A DNA stretch of 64,000 bases from Bdellovibrionales bacterium (GTDB lineage: Bacteria; Bdellovibrionota; Bdellovibrionia; Bdellovibrionales; JAGQZY01): positions 896,001 through 960,000 of the forward strand of contig CAXRHT010000002.1 in NCBI GenBank assembly GCA_964230645.1. The letters run 5' to 3'. Under the pieces are notes generated by a model. That model saw only the letters and a list, made by a program, of their open reading frames with translations, was not told the DNA's origin and did no database searches. The translations under genes and the position numbers were made by a program. Of the stretch, positions 46,719-56,996 are shown piece after piece (position 1 is the stretch's first letter; the number at the start of each line of letters is the position of its first letter).

Positions 46719-47899
46719 TTTTTTATTTTTTGAACCTCACCCACGATACTACCAATTTTAATCTTTGATTCTAGGCGAACAATAAATTTTCGATCATCCG
46801 CGGTCAACCAAAGGTAGTTCTCTCCTGTGGGTTTAAATTTTCCTTCGACATTGAACTTAGGCTTCACAACAAAAGTATCAAACTTCCCGGCATCAGTGTA
46901 AATCGTCTCTCTTCTAATGACCTTTGCAGTCATGACTATATTCTTGCCCTCATGAGCAACACGCACTTTCAATTCCTTGCCAACCTTTAAAGTGAAGGTC
47001 CGCAAATAATAAGCCACGCTGAAAACGTTCTGGGAAAACGAGAGAATATCCCAAGTTATTTTTTTCTTTTCTACTTCTTCGCCTTTTTTTTGTTTACGAT
47101 CCCACATGGTCGCGGTGTTATTTTTGTGATCGAAAAAAGTTCGAGTTTCTCGGACCTGCTTTGATTCATCCACATGGATTTCGTAACTATAAGGAAGAAG
47201 ATTTTCATAATCTACAAATGTTTCAGCGACATCATCAACACGATATACGAGATTGAAAAGTGGACTAGACTTGATGATATACTTAAAATGATAAGATTTA
47301 CGCCCATTCACTTGTTTCATGGGCTCCACTTTCATAGTAAATTTACCAGCCTCAACTGCGAAATAGGAAATTCCCATCACAATCTCCTCACCCACTTTGT
47401 AGGGCATCACTTCAGGGCGACGACCATCAAACCCCTCGTCGTCTTCTAGCCTAGGCTGTCGGGGCCCTTTGGCTTTGGCTTTTTCTTTCTTATCGGCAAC
47501 TTTTGCTTGTTTTCCACTGGGTTTTGATTCCTCTTTTTTTGAGGCTTTTTGTGACTGTTTTTTAGAGGTTTTGACAATCTGGGCCTTCTTTTCAATTTTC
47601 TCCTTTTTAGACGGCTCCTTTGTGACTACCTTCTTGGCCTTTTTAGAAGAGGAGGTCTTCTTTTTTGAATTGTCTGGAGATGATTTAGGCTCTGCTGCCG
47701 GCTCCTCACTTTCGATGTTTTCAACTTTAACGATGTCCTCGAACTCAGAGGTGTCTTCCACATTTTTATGGTCGAAATCTTTGTCTGATGTCACACAAGA
47801 ACAAAGCAGGAAAGATAAAAGAATCGAAATAAAACGGGGCCCTTTTAGCCAATTTTGAAACTTCTTAAAAATATTGAAATTCAACTTTTCAGCACTCAC
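46715..47899 (-). CDS. DUF3108 domain lipoprotein with Lys-rich linker
   Basis: Lipobox LLCSC; K-rich disordered region; PYKVGEEI...TDAGKFDT...WLTADDRK..VRLESKIKIGSI. Confidence 0.78.
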   Translation of the reverse strand: MSAEKLNFNIFKKFQNWLKGPRFISILLSFLLCSCVTSDKDFDHKNVEDTSEFEDIVKVENIESEEPAAEPKSSPDNSKKKTSSSKKAKKVVTKEPSKKEKIEKKAQIVKTSKKQSQKASKKEESKPSGKQAKVADKKEKAKAKGPRQPRLEDDEGFDGRRPEVMPYKVGEEIVMGISYFAVEAGKFTMKVEPMKQVNGRKSYHFKYIIKSSPLFNLVYRVDDVAETFVDYENLLPYSYEIHVDESKQVRETRTFFDHKNNTATMWDRKQKKGEEVEKKKITWDILSFSQNVFSVAYYLRTFTLKVGKELKVRVAHEGKNIVMTAKVIRRETIYTDAGKFDTFVVKPKFNVEGKFKPTGENYLWLTADDRKFIVRLESKIKIGSIVGEVQKIKK

Positions 47900-47975
47900 G
47901 TCTGTACTTTAACAAGAAAGAAAGTCTCAAGCCAAGAAAATCGAGGAGACTTGCTTCTAGGGGATGATGTTAGCC

Positions 47976-48869
47976 TTACTCATCCAATGGTTTTTGGCCT
48001 TGAAAGCCCCATTTCCAACGTCTGTGCACCCACATCCACTGCTCGGGAGTGTCTAAAATCGCTTTTTCGACCACTCTGTTATATTTTTCGGTCATATGGC
48101 GAAGGGTCTCGTCTTTGCTACTTTTTTCCTCAAATTCGATCGGATCTAAGACACAGATCTTATGTTTCTTAGGACCCGTTCGATAAGTGTACATAGGCAC
48201 GACCGGTGCTCCCGATCTTTGAGCAAATAAGGCAAGTCCCACGGCCGTTCCTGTTTCGATCCCAAAAAACTCCGTCAGAATCCCGTTGGGTGGCCCTGTA
48301 TATTGGTCTAGCACGAAAACAACCGACTCTTTTTTCTTTAAGGCTTTGAGTATTTCGTAACTACTTTTACGAGGGGGAATAAAATGAACCCCCTTGGCTT
48401 CTCGGGAGGAAAACCAAAGGCGATTGAGCCAGGCCGATTCAAAAATTTTCGAGATGATATGGATTCTATAGCCCCAACTGGCCAAAGCCGCCACACCCAT
48501 ATCTCCATTACCGAGATGAACGCTGAGAACGAAAACACCCTTACCTTGATCAATGGCCTTTTGAAATTTCTCCTCGCCCTCGACTTCATACATTTTCCGA
48601 AACTGCTTCTCCCAAAGGAAAGGCATGGAGAAGAACTCAGTGATGGTTAAGCCCATATGATAAAGGGATTTTCTTGCCATCTTCGTGGCTTTTTTATCAG
48701 AAATCTCAGGGAAAACTCTTTTCACATTTCTGATGGCCACCTGTCTTCGAATACGTAAAACATCAAACCACATTATTCCTATAAACCAGGCGATCGCCTG
48801 ATGGAAAATAAATGGCAATATATGAATAAGGTAGGCTATAGCAAGTAGCGGGTACTTCAAAAACTTCAT
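47976..48869 (-). CDS. lpxL: Lipid A late acyltransferase (LpxL/HtrB family)
   Basis: HLGNGD (HX4D), LDQY, FFG, PEQWMWVHRRWK. Confidence 0.88.
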   Translation of the reverse strand: MKFLKYPLLAIAYLIHILPFIFHQAIAWFIGIMWFDVLRIRRQVAIRNVKRVFPEISDKKATKMARKSLYHMGLTITEFFSMPFLWEKQFRKMYEVEGEEKFQKAIDQGKGVFVLSVHLGNGDMGVAALASWGYRIHIISKIFESAWLNRLWFSSREAKGVHFIPPRKSSYEILKALKKKESVVFVLDQYTGPPNGILTEFFGIETGTAVGLALFAQRSGAPVVPMYTYRTGPKKHKICVLDPIEFEEKSSKDETLRHMTEKYNRVVEKAILDTPEQWMWVHRRWKWGFQGQKPLDE

Positions 48870-49891
48870 AGGCTAATAACCTTATCAATGATTTGAAACA
48901 AACTCTCCTCATCCTCTTTTAACTGAACTTTCATTTTACACACCCACAGCTGAATTCCCATTTCAAAAAAATGCTTTTTATAGCGCACCAATTTTACGGC
49001 ATCTTTCTCGGTGATCATGAGGTGAGCGCTTTTTTCTTGTTTCATATGGTAGGTGATCTTTTCGATATCAAGAGGTTTCCAAAAATAGTGATCGGGAAAA
49101 ATAAACTTTTTCTGAATTTCTATCCCTTGCTCCTTCAAGGTCTTCATAAAAGCTCCCGGATTTCCAAGAGCACAGCTCATCGACACAGGACGGATCGGCT
49201 CCGGGTAATCCAACGACTCCACCAAAGGCTCAAAGCGATCAAAAACGTAGTCAGCATGAAAGATTTGATTTTTTGACTTATATTTCTCGCATTGCACTTC
49301 GAGAAACTGGATCGAATCTCGACTTCCATAATTGCATTTATTGATAACCACGGCATGGGCTCTTCTTAATGCCGAGAACCCCTCTCTCATTCGTCCCATA
49401 GGCAAGGAGAAGTAATTTTTCATCGGAGCTGAGGCATCTAGGAGAACAATATCCACATCACGGGCAATATTAAAGTGCTGAAAGCCATCATCTAACAACA
49501 GAACATCGGGATCTTCTTCTCTGATTGCGACCTCAGCGGCTTTCACACGGGAACGTCCGACGTAGACATAAGAACGAGTATTGCGGGAAAGCCAAAGAGG
49601 TTCATCTCCGCATTTTCGAGCGTCCATATCAGGAGTTACCTTTAAAACGCCATCAAAATCCCCACTGTACCCCCGACTAAGAATTACGGCTTTTTTATTT
49701 TTAGAAAAATAATGCTCGGTAAGACGATGCACCCAGGGTGTTTTACCTGTACCACCCGTACTCAAATTACCAATACAGATTACGGGTCGGTCGACTTTTT
49801 TGGTTTTAATTAGCCCTGCTGCAAAAATAAACTTTCGTAAAAGCACCAAAAACTGAAACAATAAAGCCAGTGGGAGAAGAAAATACCTCAT
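48866..49891 (-). CDS. lpxK: Tetraacyldisaccharide 4'-kinase
   Basis: PVICIGNLSTGGTGKTP, SRGY, GDEP, LDDGFQH, FPDHY, TEKDAVK. Confidence 0.96.
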   Translation of the reverse strand: MRYFLLPLALLFQFLVLLRKFIFAAGLIKTKKVDRPVICIGNLSTGGTGKTPWVHRLTEHYFSKNKKAVILSRGYSGDFDGVLKVTPDMDARKCGDEPLWLSRNTRSYVYVGRSRVKAAEVAIREEDPDVLLLDDGFQHFNIARDVDIVLLDASAPMKNYFSLPMGRMREGFSALRRAHAVVINKCNYGSRDSIQFLEVQCEKYKSKNQIFHADYVFDRFEPLVESLDYPEPIRPVSMSCALGNPGAFMKTLKEQGIEIQKKFIFPDHYFWKPLDIEKITYHMKQEKSAHLMITEKDAVKLVRYKKHFFEMGIQLWVCKMKVQLKEDEESLFQIIDKVISL

Positions 49892-51036
49892 TTAGGCCCA
49901 AACCTTTTTGAGAGAAGTGACACCAAATTTTCAGTCGCTCCACCAGCGCCCAGCTTTTCCTTTACATACCTTAAATCACTAAGCATTTGATTTCGTTTTT
50001 CATCACTTTCAATAAGCTCTAGTAAATGACTGGCTAATTTTTCTGGAGAGGCTTGCTCTTGAAAAAGCTCTGGAACCACTTTCCTTTCGGCCACTAGATT
50101 AACAATGCAAAATGCATCCACCGACCGCACAAGAGCTTTTGCTAAAAAAGCTGTGATCGGATTCATCCGGTACATAACCACCATGGGTTTTTCACACAAG
50201 GCCACCTGCAGGGTCGCAGTACCAGAGGCTGATAAAATCCAATCGCACTGAAGAATCATGCGGGTTGGTTTTGCCTGAATGTACTCGACCTCTAAGCTCG
50301 ATTGGGAAACGAAGCTCTCAAGATCTGTGGCGGCAAGAGTGGGAGCGAGCAGAATTTTTACTTGAATGTCGGGATGCTTTTCTTTGATTTTTTCTGCGGC
50401 CTTAAGCTGAATGACGAGGTTATTTTCAATTTCACTGCGCCGACTTCCTGGCATCAAACCAAGAACTTTCTCATCGCTTCGAGAACGATCAAAGTTCTCA
50501 AGCTCTTGCTCGACAACTTCCACTAAGGGATGTCCAACAAAATGAGCTTCGATTTTGTGCTCATTATAGAAGTCGACCTCAAAGGGGAAGACGACCATCA
50601 TTTCGTCGACATATTTTTTAACTTGTTTGACTCGTCCTTTTTTCCAGGCCCACAGTTGAGGGGAAATATAGTAAATTACAGGAATATCGAGCGCTTTGAG
50701 TTTTCTTGCCAAACGCAGGTTAAAGCCTGGATAATCAAGGAGAAGAGCGAATTTCGGTTTTCTTTTCTCACACTCCTCAAGAAGCTTATCAGCAGCCCCC
50801 TTAATAATGGGCCAGTGCTTGATCACTTCTTGCACACCAACAACAGCCATGTCTTCAGCAAAGCCCTGACACTGCATTCCTTCTTTGGCCATACTCCGGT
50901 TACCAACGCCAAAAAACTCCGTGTCAGGATAACTCTTGCTCCACTCTTTGATAAAAAGTTCGGCATACATGCAGCTTGAGGCTTCAGCCGCTACGATTAA
51001 AATATTATCTTTTTTGGAGACGCTGTCCAATTTCAT
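49888..51036 (-). CDS. lpxB: Lipid-A-disaccharide synthase
   Basis: DYPGFNLRLA, YISPQLWAW, FPFE, FVGHPL, PGSRRSE, SGTATL. Confidence 0.96.
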   Translation of the reverse strand: MKLDSVSKKDNILIVAAEASSCMYAELFIKEWSKSYPDTEFFGVGNRSMAKEGMQCQGFAEDMAVVGVQEVIKHWPIIKGAADKLLEECEKRKPKFALLLDYPGFNLRLARKLKALDIPVIYYISPQLWAWKKGRVKQVKKYVDEMMVVFPFEVDFYNEHKIEAHFVGHPLVEVVEQELENFDRSRSDEKVLGLMPGSRRSEIENNLVIQLKAAEKIKEKHPDIQVKILLAPTLAATDLESFVSQSSLEVEYIQAKPTRMILQCDWILSASGTATLQVALCEKPMVVMYRMNPITAFLAKALVRSVDAFCIVNLVAERKVVPELFQEQASPEKLASHLLELIESDEKRNQMLSDLRYVKEKLGAGGATENLVSLLSKRFGPK

Positions 51037-51958
51037 CCCGAATTTTTTCAGCCACCTTTAAGGCGTTAAGAGCTTGCACTCCCGATACGATAGGAGTTTC
51101 ATCTTTTTGAATGCAGTCGATAAAGGATTGGTCTTCACTTAAAAGAGCATCCCCTTTTTCCAACTCCCAGGCGTCAAAACTGAGAGGCATATCCTCTTCA
51201 AAGTTTTCCCACTCCCCGGTTTTGGTAGTCAGATTCAGCTCTCCAGTTCCAAAATCGATGGAAAGGTACTGAGTCTCTTGGAAGACTCGAAATTTTCGCT
51301 TGGCTGTTTGAGAAACTCTGGAGGCTGTTAGATTGGCCACAGCACCCGACTCAAACTCTAAGCGTGCATTGGCAATATCAACATGGGGAGTGATCACAGG
51401 GGTTCCAACGGCTGATACCTGAGTTATTGGTGAGTCCATAAGATTCATGACCACATCCAGATCGTGAATCATTAGATCAAGAACAACATCGACATCCGTA
51501 CTGCGTGGCTTAAATGGAGCCAAACGATGAACTTCAATAAATAGTGGTTTTTTAAGTTTTTTCTGAGCCTCAACCAAAGCGGGGTTGAAGCGTTCCACAT
51601 GTCCCACCTGAAGTTTTACATTCATTTTCTCAGCCAACTCACAGAGTTCCTCGGCTTGGCTCACGGTCTCAGTGATCGGCTTTTCTAAAAAGACATGTTT
51701 TTTGTTTTCGATAAAAAATTTGGCGATCTCATAGTGCGAAGGGGTGGAAGTTGCCACTAAAACGGCATCAATGTGATCGACCACACTTTTGTAGTCCGTA
51801 AAGGCTTGGCAGTTGTATTCTTTCGCTTTAGCCTGAGCTTTATCACTATCTACGTCACACAGAGCCACTAGCTCAGCATTTTCAATTTTGACCATCTTTT
51901 GACAATGGTAATTTCCAAGATGCCCAGCTCCGATAACAGCCGTCTTCACAGAACTCAT
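51005..51958 (-). CDS. gnnA: Gfo/Idh/MocA oxidoreductase, probable UDP-GlcNAc 3-dehydrogenase GnnA
   Basis: GAGHLG, EKP, VGHVERFNPA, VVLDLMIHDLD; lies between lpxA and lpxB. Confidence 0.75.
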   Translation of the reverse strand: MSSVKTAVIGAGHLGNYHCQKMVKIENAELVALCDVDSDKAQAKAKEYNCQAFTDYKSVVDHIDAVLVATSTPSHYEIAKFFIENKKHVFLEKPITETVSQAEELCELAEKMNVKLQVGHVERFNPALVEAQKKLKKPLFIEVHRLAPFKPRSTDVDVVLDLMIHDLDVVMNLMDSPITQVSAVGTPVITPHVDIANARLEFESGAVANLTASRVSQTAKRKFRVFQETQYLSIDFGTGELNLTTKTGEWENFEEDMPLSFDAWELEKGDALLSEDQSFIDCIQKDETPIVSGVQALNALKVAEKIRDEIGQRLQKR

Positions 51959-52743
51959 AAAGCCAAACCTCGCTCCGACTTTCTGGCAAAAGCAAGAAGC
52001 TGTTCCACACGTTCACTTCCCTTGCACTCTGTTGCAATTCGCTCTAGTGCCTCTTCGACCGTATGCCCACCTTTTGTGATAATTCTCAGAGCTCGTCGTA
52101 CTTGGCTGATCTCATCTTTTTTGATCCCACTTCGATCCATTCCGATTTGGTTGGCGGCTCTCATAACGGCGTACTTGCCTTGCGCAATGGAAAAGGGCAG
52201 GACATCTTTATTCACTGAACTGTCTCCCGCGATGTAGCAGTGCTGACCCAATCGAACAAATTGATTGAAGGCACAAACACCGCCCACTTTTACATGATCC
52301 TCCATCTCCACATGGCCGGCAAGCTGAGTGGAGTTGGCAATCACAACATGGTTACCAATTTTACAATCATGAGCAATATGAACATAGGCCATAAATAAAC
52401 AGTGATCGCCTATTTCCGTTTTTCCACCACCGGAAGGTGTCCCGCAGTGAATGGTCGCGTACTCGCGAATCATTGTGGATTTTCCGATGGTAACAGAGGT
52501 AGGCTCACCCTCGTATTTGAGATCTTGGGGAGCTTCTCCAACCACAGCGCCCGGGAATATCCGGGATTTCTCACCAATTGTGACTTTGGTATGATCCGAA
52601 CCAATGGTGGCAAACTGGTCGATGATCACACCGGCCCCAATTTCCACCTCTCCTCGAATCACAACAAAGGGTCCGATTTCAGCCTCGGGATGAATGTTCG
52701 CCTTTTCAGAGACGATTGCAGTTTTATGAACGCCCATATTCAA
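51955..52743 (-). CDS. lpxA: UDP-N-acetylglucosamine acyltransferase
   Basis: Hexapeptide repeats; PQDLKY, IREYATIH, HIAHDC, LAGHV. Confidence 0.96.
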   Translation of the reverse strand: MNMGVHKTAIVSEKANIHPEAEIGPFVVIRGEVEIGAGVIIDQFATIGSDHTKVTIGEKSRIFPGAVVGEAPQDLKYEGEPTSVTIGKSTMIREYATIHCGTPSGGGKTEIGDHCLFMAYVHIAHDCKIGNHVVIANSTQLAGHVEMEDHVKVGGVCAFNQFVRLGQHCYIAGDSSVNKDVLPFSIAQGKYAVMRAANQIGMDRSGIKKDEISQVRRALRIITKGGHTVEEALERIATECKGSERVEQLLAFARKSERGLAL

Positions 52744-52748
52744 CTGTC

Positions 52749-53216
52749 CTATTTTTTAAAAATTTTGGCCATCACTTGGGTTTCAGCCACAAGTTTAGAG
52801 TCCACATAGGCCTTACAGTCGACCGTTAAGATCGAACTTTTCTCTTTTAAAATCTCAGCGTGAATTTCTAATACATCCCCAGGAGTGACGGGTTGTTTGA
52901 ATTTCGCTTCACTGATTTTTGCTATCAACACATCAATGCGATCACTCTCCTCCGGCACACATGCCAGAGCTCCGGCCTGCGCCATGGCTTCGACTTGCAA
53001 AACTCCAGGCATCACAGGGTTGTCGGGAAAGTGCCCCATGAAATAAGGCTCGTTCATCGACACATTCTTTCGACATACAATTTTTCGTCCTAACCACTTT
53101 TTAGGATCTTCTCCGTATTCAAAAGAAATCACTCGATCGATTAGCAAAAAAGGAAACCGATGGGGTATCCTTTCTTGAATCTCATTGATTGTTAAATAAG
53201 GCTTTTGATTATCCAT
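52749..53216 (-). CDS. fabZ: 3-hydroxyacyl-ACP dehydratase
   Basis: IPHRFPFLLIDRV, GHFPDNPVMPGVLQVEAMAQ, FKQPVTPGD. Confidence 0.96.
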   Translation of the reverse strand: MDNQKPYLTINEIQERIPHRFPFLLIDRVISFEYGEDPKKWLGRKIVCRKNVSMNEPYFMGHFPDNPVMPGVLQVEAMAQAGALACVPEESDRIDVLIAKISEAKFKQPVTPGDVLEIHAEILKEKSSILTVDCKAYVDSKLVAETQVMAKIFKK

Positions 53217-53716
53217 TATTTTGATTTTTCAAATTCTTTGATCACTTCATTGGTAATATCCAAATCCGCCTTGGCCCACATAACACTCTGGCTGGCTTTT
53301 TCAAAAACCATGTCGTAACCCTTGTCTTTGGCGACCTTAGCGATCACTTTTTGGATTTTTTCAAGGATCGGCTGAGTGAGCTCACGCTCTTTTTGTTGGA
53401 TATTCATTTGGCTTTTTTGAAGCTCTTGCTGAAACTGCATCATCTTTTTCTGAAGAGCCGCTTGCTTTTCATTTCTTGCCTTCTCTGAAAGGAGACTGGC
53501 TTTCTTTTGAAACTCGTCGGCTTCTTTTTTAAGCTTACCTTCTTTCTTTTTCAATTCGGCCTTTTTCTTATTAAACTCACCTTCGAGTTTCGACTTAGCT
53601 GATTTTCCAGCCTTTGTCCCTTGAATGGCTTTTTGCATATCGATATAAGCGGCCTGAAATTTCGCGCTGGCCGATGTGGCCACAGTCATGGATAAAATTA
53701 GTAAAAGATATTTCAT
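53216..53716 (-). CDS. skp: Periplasmic chaperone Skp/OmpH
   Basis: Signal from MKYLLL (RBS AAGGAG); AYIDMQKA, coiled coil, GYDMVF, DITNEVI. Confidence 0.9.
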   Translation of the reverse strand: MKYLLLILSMTVATSASAKFQAAYIDMQKAIQGTKAGKSAKSKLEGEFNKKKAELKKKEGKLKKEADEFQKKASLLSEKARNEKQAALQKKMMQFQQELQKSQMNIQQKERELTQPILEKIQKVIAKVAKDKGYDMVFEKASQSVMWAKADLDITNEVIKEFEKSK

Positions 53717-53770
53717 GTCGACACTCCTTTTTTTTCGACAATTTCGTTCCACAAGAATCCCCTATATCTA

Positions 53771-56122
53771 TTAAAAAGGGGCTCCGATTGCAAAGTGAAA
53801 TTCTGACCCCTCTTCGTTAAGCTCAGCTCGTCTGTCCAGAGGGAAACCCCACTCAAAGCGAAGGGGTCCAATGGGAGAGAACCAGCGAACTCCAAATCCA
53901 AAATCTTCTCTAAAATAGGAGTCCACAATATCGTCGTGAGCCATCCCCACGTCGTAGAAAGCCACACCACGGATCCCTGCTTCTTTTACAAGAGGGAATT
54001 CAAGCTCAAACATGGCCAAAGCCTGCTGAGTTCCACCAAGAACCACTTGAGCACGACGCCGCGCCTCAGCATCTGAAACGGGGTCTGGATTGGGCGTGAT
54101 TCCCGGGACATCATTGAGCTCCCCACGCCACCAGTCATAATTGAGGCGTGAAAATTCTCTACGCCCTACATCTCCAAAGTCGAAACCTCTCATATTATAG
54201 GGTCCACCCAGGCGGTAACGTTTCGTGAAGGGAATGGGCTTATCTTTAGGCCCCTCTACAAGTCCGTAGGTGAAGTTTGTTCTTAACACGAGATTCCAGA
54301 AAATATTGTAGTACCAGCGAAAGAAGGCATCAAACTTACGGTAATCTAAAGACCCGCCGAGACCGGCTAATTCGTAGGAAGCACTGGTATGGATTCCTTT
54401 TGTAGGGGCGAAACGGTCGTTTCGTTTATCGTACTCAACAGAAGCTGTGACCGAGCTTGTGGTTCCTTCCGCCTCTTCTGGCTTTAAAACATCTGTGGCG
54501 TATCGCCCTGGAGGCATATCAAGTTCAGTGGTATCAACCTTATACCTTAAGAAACCATAGAAATAGCGATTGAAAATGGGATGCCCCACTCGAAACGCTC
54601 CCCCTTCTACTTTTTCACTGTAGAGATTGGGGATTCGGCTCTCGTTTCGATAAACATCAAAGCCTGCTGTCCACAAAGTGTCGAACAAATAAGGTTCTGT
54701 AAAATTCAAACGGTATCTCTTTTGAATTTCCGAGTAGTCCACTTGCAGACCCACATTCTGTCCCTTACCAAGGAAGTTGGTCTGATTGAGTTGAGCGTTA
54801 AAAATCACACCACTAAAAGAGCTATAACCGGCTCCCAACTGGAAGCTTCCTGTGTTTCGCTCTTTGACGACAATATCAATATCCATAAGGTCATCGCGCC
54901 CCTGAGGGGTTTTGGTATTAAACTGCACCTGCTCGAAAAAGCCGAGACGACGAATATTATCCATGGACTCACGCTTACGAGATTCGTTATAGAGCTCTCC
55001 CTCACCGATACGAAGTTCACGGCGCACCACTTTGTCGCGCGTTCGAGTGTTGCCCACCACATTGATCGTACCAAAATAAACTTTTTTACCTTTATCGAAT
55101 TCGTAGACAATATCTACTTTGCGTTCGTCTTCGCGAATAAAAGTACGTGGAATAACGTTGGTATAAGCGTAACCAAGGTCCCCATACATGGCAGTAAAGG
55201 CCTGGATATCTTGCTGAACTTTTTCGTAGACGAAAATGTCTGATTCATCAATTTGAGCGGTCTCCGTTAACTCCTCGGTGGAAAAAAGCAGATCTCCAGA
55301 AAAGCTCACCTCACCCGTATTAAACTGCATGCCCTCTTCAATGCGGATACTGATGTAAATGCCTTTCTTATCAGGGGAAACTGTCACCTCAGGTCTTGAA
55401 ACCTTGGCTTGAACGTAACCTTTGTTAAAATAAAGAAAACTTATCAGTTGTAAATCTTGCTCAAAGGCATCTTGCTTGTAGGTTCCCGAACCACTCAGAC
55501 CACTGAAATATCCACCCTCTTGGGTGAGCATACGGCCTTTGATGTCACTGCTAGGGACTTTTTCATTTCCGATAAAAGAGATTCGCTTTACAAGGACTTG
55601 GTCATTTTCTTCGACCTGAAAAGTCACATTAACGCCACCATTACTGTCCTCGGTGACCTCGTAGCTTACCTTGGCTAGGAAATAGCCTTTTTCTTCATAA
55701 GCCTTTTGGATGTCTGAGACTCCCCTGGTGATTTTGCCGTAATCGATGATTTCAAAAACTTTAATCTTGGTGAGTTCACTGAGTTCTTCATCATCAAGCT
55801 CAGAGTTTCCCTTATAGTCGATGGAGGATATGGCTGGCTTTTCCACAACCCTATAGGTCAGAGCCACGCCCCCACTGACCTTGCTATCGCGCACTTCGAT
55901 GTCTTGGAAGTAACCTGTTTCAAAGAGAGTTTGCACCTCTTCCTGAACCCCTTTGAGGCTTAGGGGTTGCCCCACTTTATTCTCTAACTTTTGGGCAATG
56001 GCATCGGTTTCGATCTTCCGATTTCCCTTGATATCAATCGACTTAACAGTCTGAGCCCAGGTGTTGATAGGTAACAGGCACAGGATGAGGAATAATAATG
56101 ACGAATAACTAATAGGCCGCAA
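53771..56122 (-). CDS. bamA: Outer membrane protein assembly factor BamA
   Basis: POTRA repeats (GNRKI, GNTRTRDKVVRRE), NFLGKGQ, MRGF, SPIGPLRF, C-terminal F. Confidence 0.96.
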   Translation of the reverse strand: MRPISYSSLLFLILCLLPINTWAQTVKSIDIKGNRKIETDAIAQKLENKVGQPLSLKGVQEEVQTLFETGYFQDIEVRDSKVSGGVALTYRVVEKPAISSIDYKGNSELDDEELSELTKIKVFEIIDYGKITRGVSDIQKAYEEKGYFLAKVSYEVTEDSNGGVNVTFQVEENDQVLVKRISFIGNEKVPSSDIKGRMLTQEGGYFSGLSGSGTYKQDAFEQDLQLISFLYFNKGYVQAKVSRPEVTVSPDKKGIYISIRIEEGMQFNTGEVSFSGDLLFSTEELTETAQIDESDIFVYEKVQQDIQAFTAMYGDLGYAYTNVIPRTFIREDERKVDIVYEFDKGKKVYFGTINVVGNTRTRDKVVRRELRIGEGELYNESRKRESMDNIRRLGFFEQVQFNTKTPQGRDDLMDIDIVVKERNTGSFQLGAGYSSFSGVIFNAQLNQTNFLGKGQNVGLQVDYSEIQKRYRLNFTEPYLFDTLWTAGFDVYRNESRIPNLYSEKVEGGAFRVGHPIFNRYFYGFLRYKVDTTELDMPPGRYATDVLKPEEAEGTTSSVTASVEYDKRNDRFAPTKGIHTSASYELAGLGGSLDYRKFDAFFRWYYNIFWNLVLRTNFTYGLVEGPKDKPIPFTKRYRLGGPYNMRGFDFGDVGRREFSRLNYDWWRGELNDVPGITPNPDPVSDAEARRRAQVVLGGTQQALAMFELEFPLVKEAGIRGVAFYDVGMAHDDIVDSYFREDFGFGVRWFSPIGPLRFEWGFPLDRRAELNEEGSEFHFAIGAPF

Positions 56123-56318
56123 AAGGTTCTACCTTACTTTTTAGCTTGATGGTGCAACTGCAAAGGTCCGCAGGCTATTCATATTTCACAGCAAAGTCAA
56201 AATGAGTCACCAGATGGTGGGCTTTTAAACCCTCAAAAACCAACGATTGCGCACCTCATCAATTGCCACAGAACTGAATTGCTTAAATTTTGACCTTCAA
56301 AACAGTGACAGAACTAAG

Positions 56319-56996
56319 CTAGTTATCGAGAAGGCCGTTTTTTAATCGGAAGACTTTAGGGAAGCGAGCGGCAAATTCTTGGTCGTGAGTCACAACTATC
56401 AGAGTGAGGCCTAGATCCTGTTGCAGCTGGAAAAAGAGATCTTGAATCACACGCCCGTTTTCGCTGTCTAGGTTTCCAGAGGGCTCATCCGCAAAAAGAA
56501 TCTCGGGATCTTGCACAAGGGCTCTTGCGATGGCCACCCTTTGTCTTTCTCCACCACTGAGCTCTGAAGGGTAATGATCTTTTCTATTTTTTAGCCCAAG
56601 AAGATCTAATAATTTAAGAGCTTTTTCCTCGGCTTCGGCTTTTGTTTTTCCACCCACGCGGGCTGGTAGAGAGACATTTTCTAGAGCATTGAGTTCTGGC
56701 AAAAGATGATGGAACTGGAACACAAAACCCATTTTACGATTACGAAACTGAGCCAACTGATCATCGTTTTTTCGGGTAAGGTCCTCTCCACGGTAATAAA
56801 TCTTACCAAGAGAGGGCATATCAAGAGTTCCCAAAATATGAAGCAGAGTGCTCTTGCCAGCTCCAGACACTCCCATAATGCAAACCGCCTCGCCTTGATG
56901 AATATTTAAATCAACACCTTTTAGGACCTCAAGACGTGAGTTATCCATGTCGTAGGCTTTGGTCACACATTTGGTTGATAAAATCACATTACTCAT
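56319..56996 (-). CDS. lolD: Lipoprotein-releasing ABC transporter ATPase
   Basis: [36 protein letters not shown]. Confidence 0.9.
   Translation of the reverse strand: MSNVILSTKCVTKAYDMDNSRLEVLKGVDLNIHQGEAVCIMGVSGAGKSTLLHILGTLDMPSLGKIYYRGEDLTRKNDDQLAQFRNRKMGFVFQFHHLLPELNALENVSLPARVGGKTKAEAEEKALKLLDLLGLKNRKDHYPSELSGGERQRVAIARALVQDPEILFADEPSGNLDSENGRVIQDLFFQLQQDLGLTLIVVTHDQEFAARFPKVFRLKNGLLDN

Noticed and set aside
54581..55243. 220-aa plus-strand ORF and similar antisense track ORFs (e.g. 27435, 47469, 50530)
   Set aside because: They are antisense shadows of well-supported genes, with no RBS or motifs.
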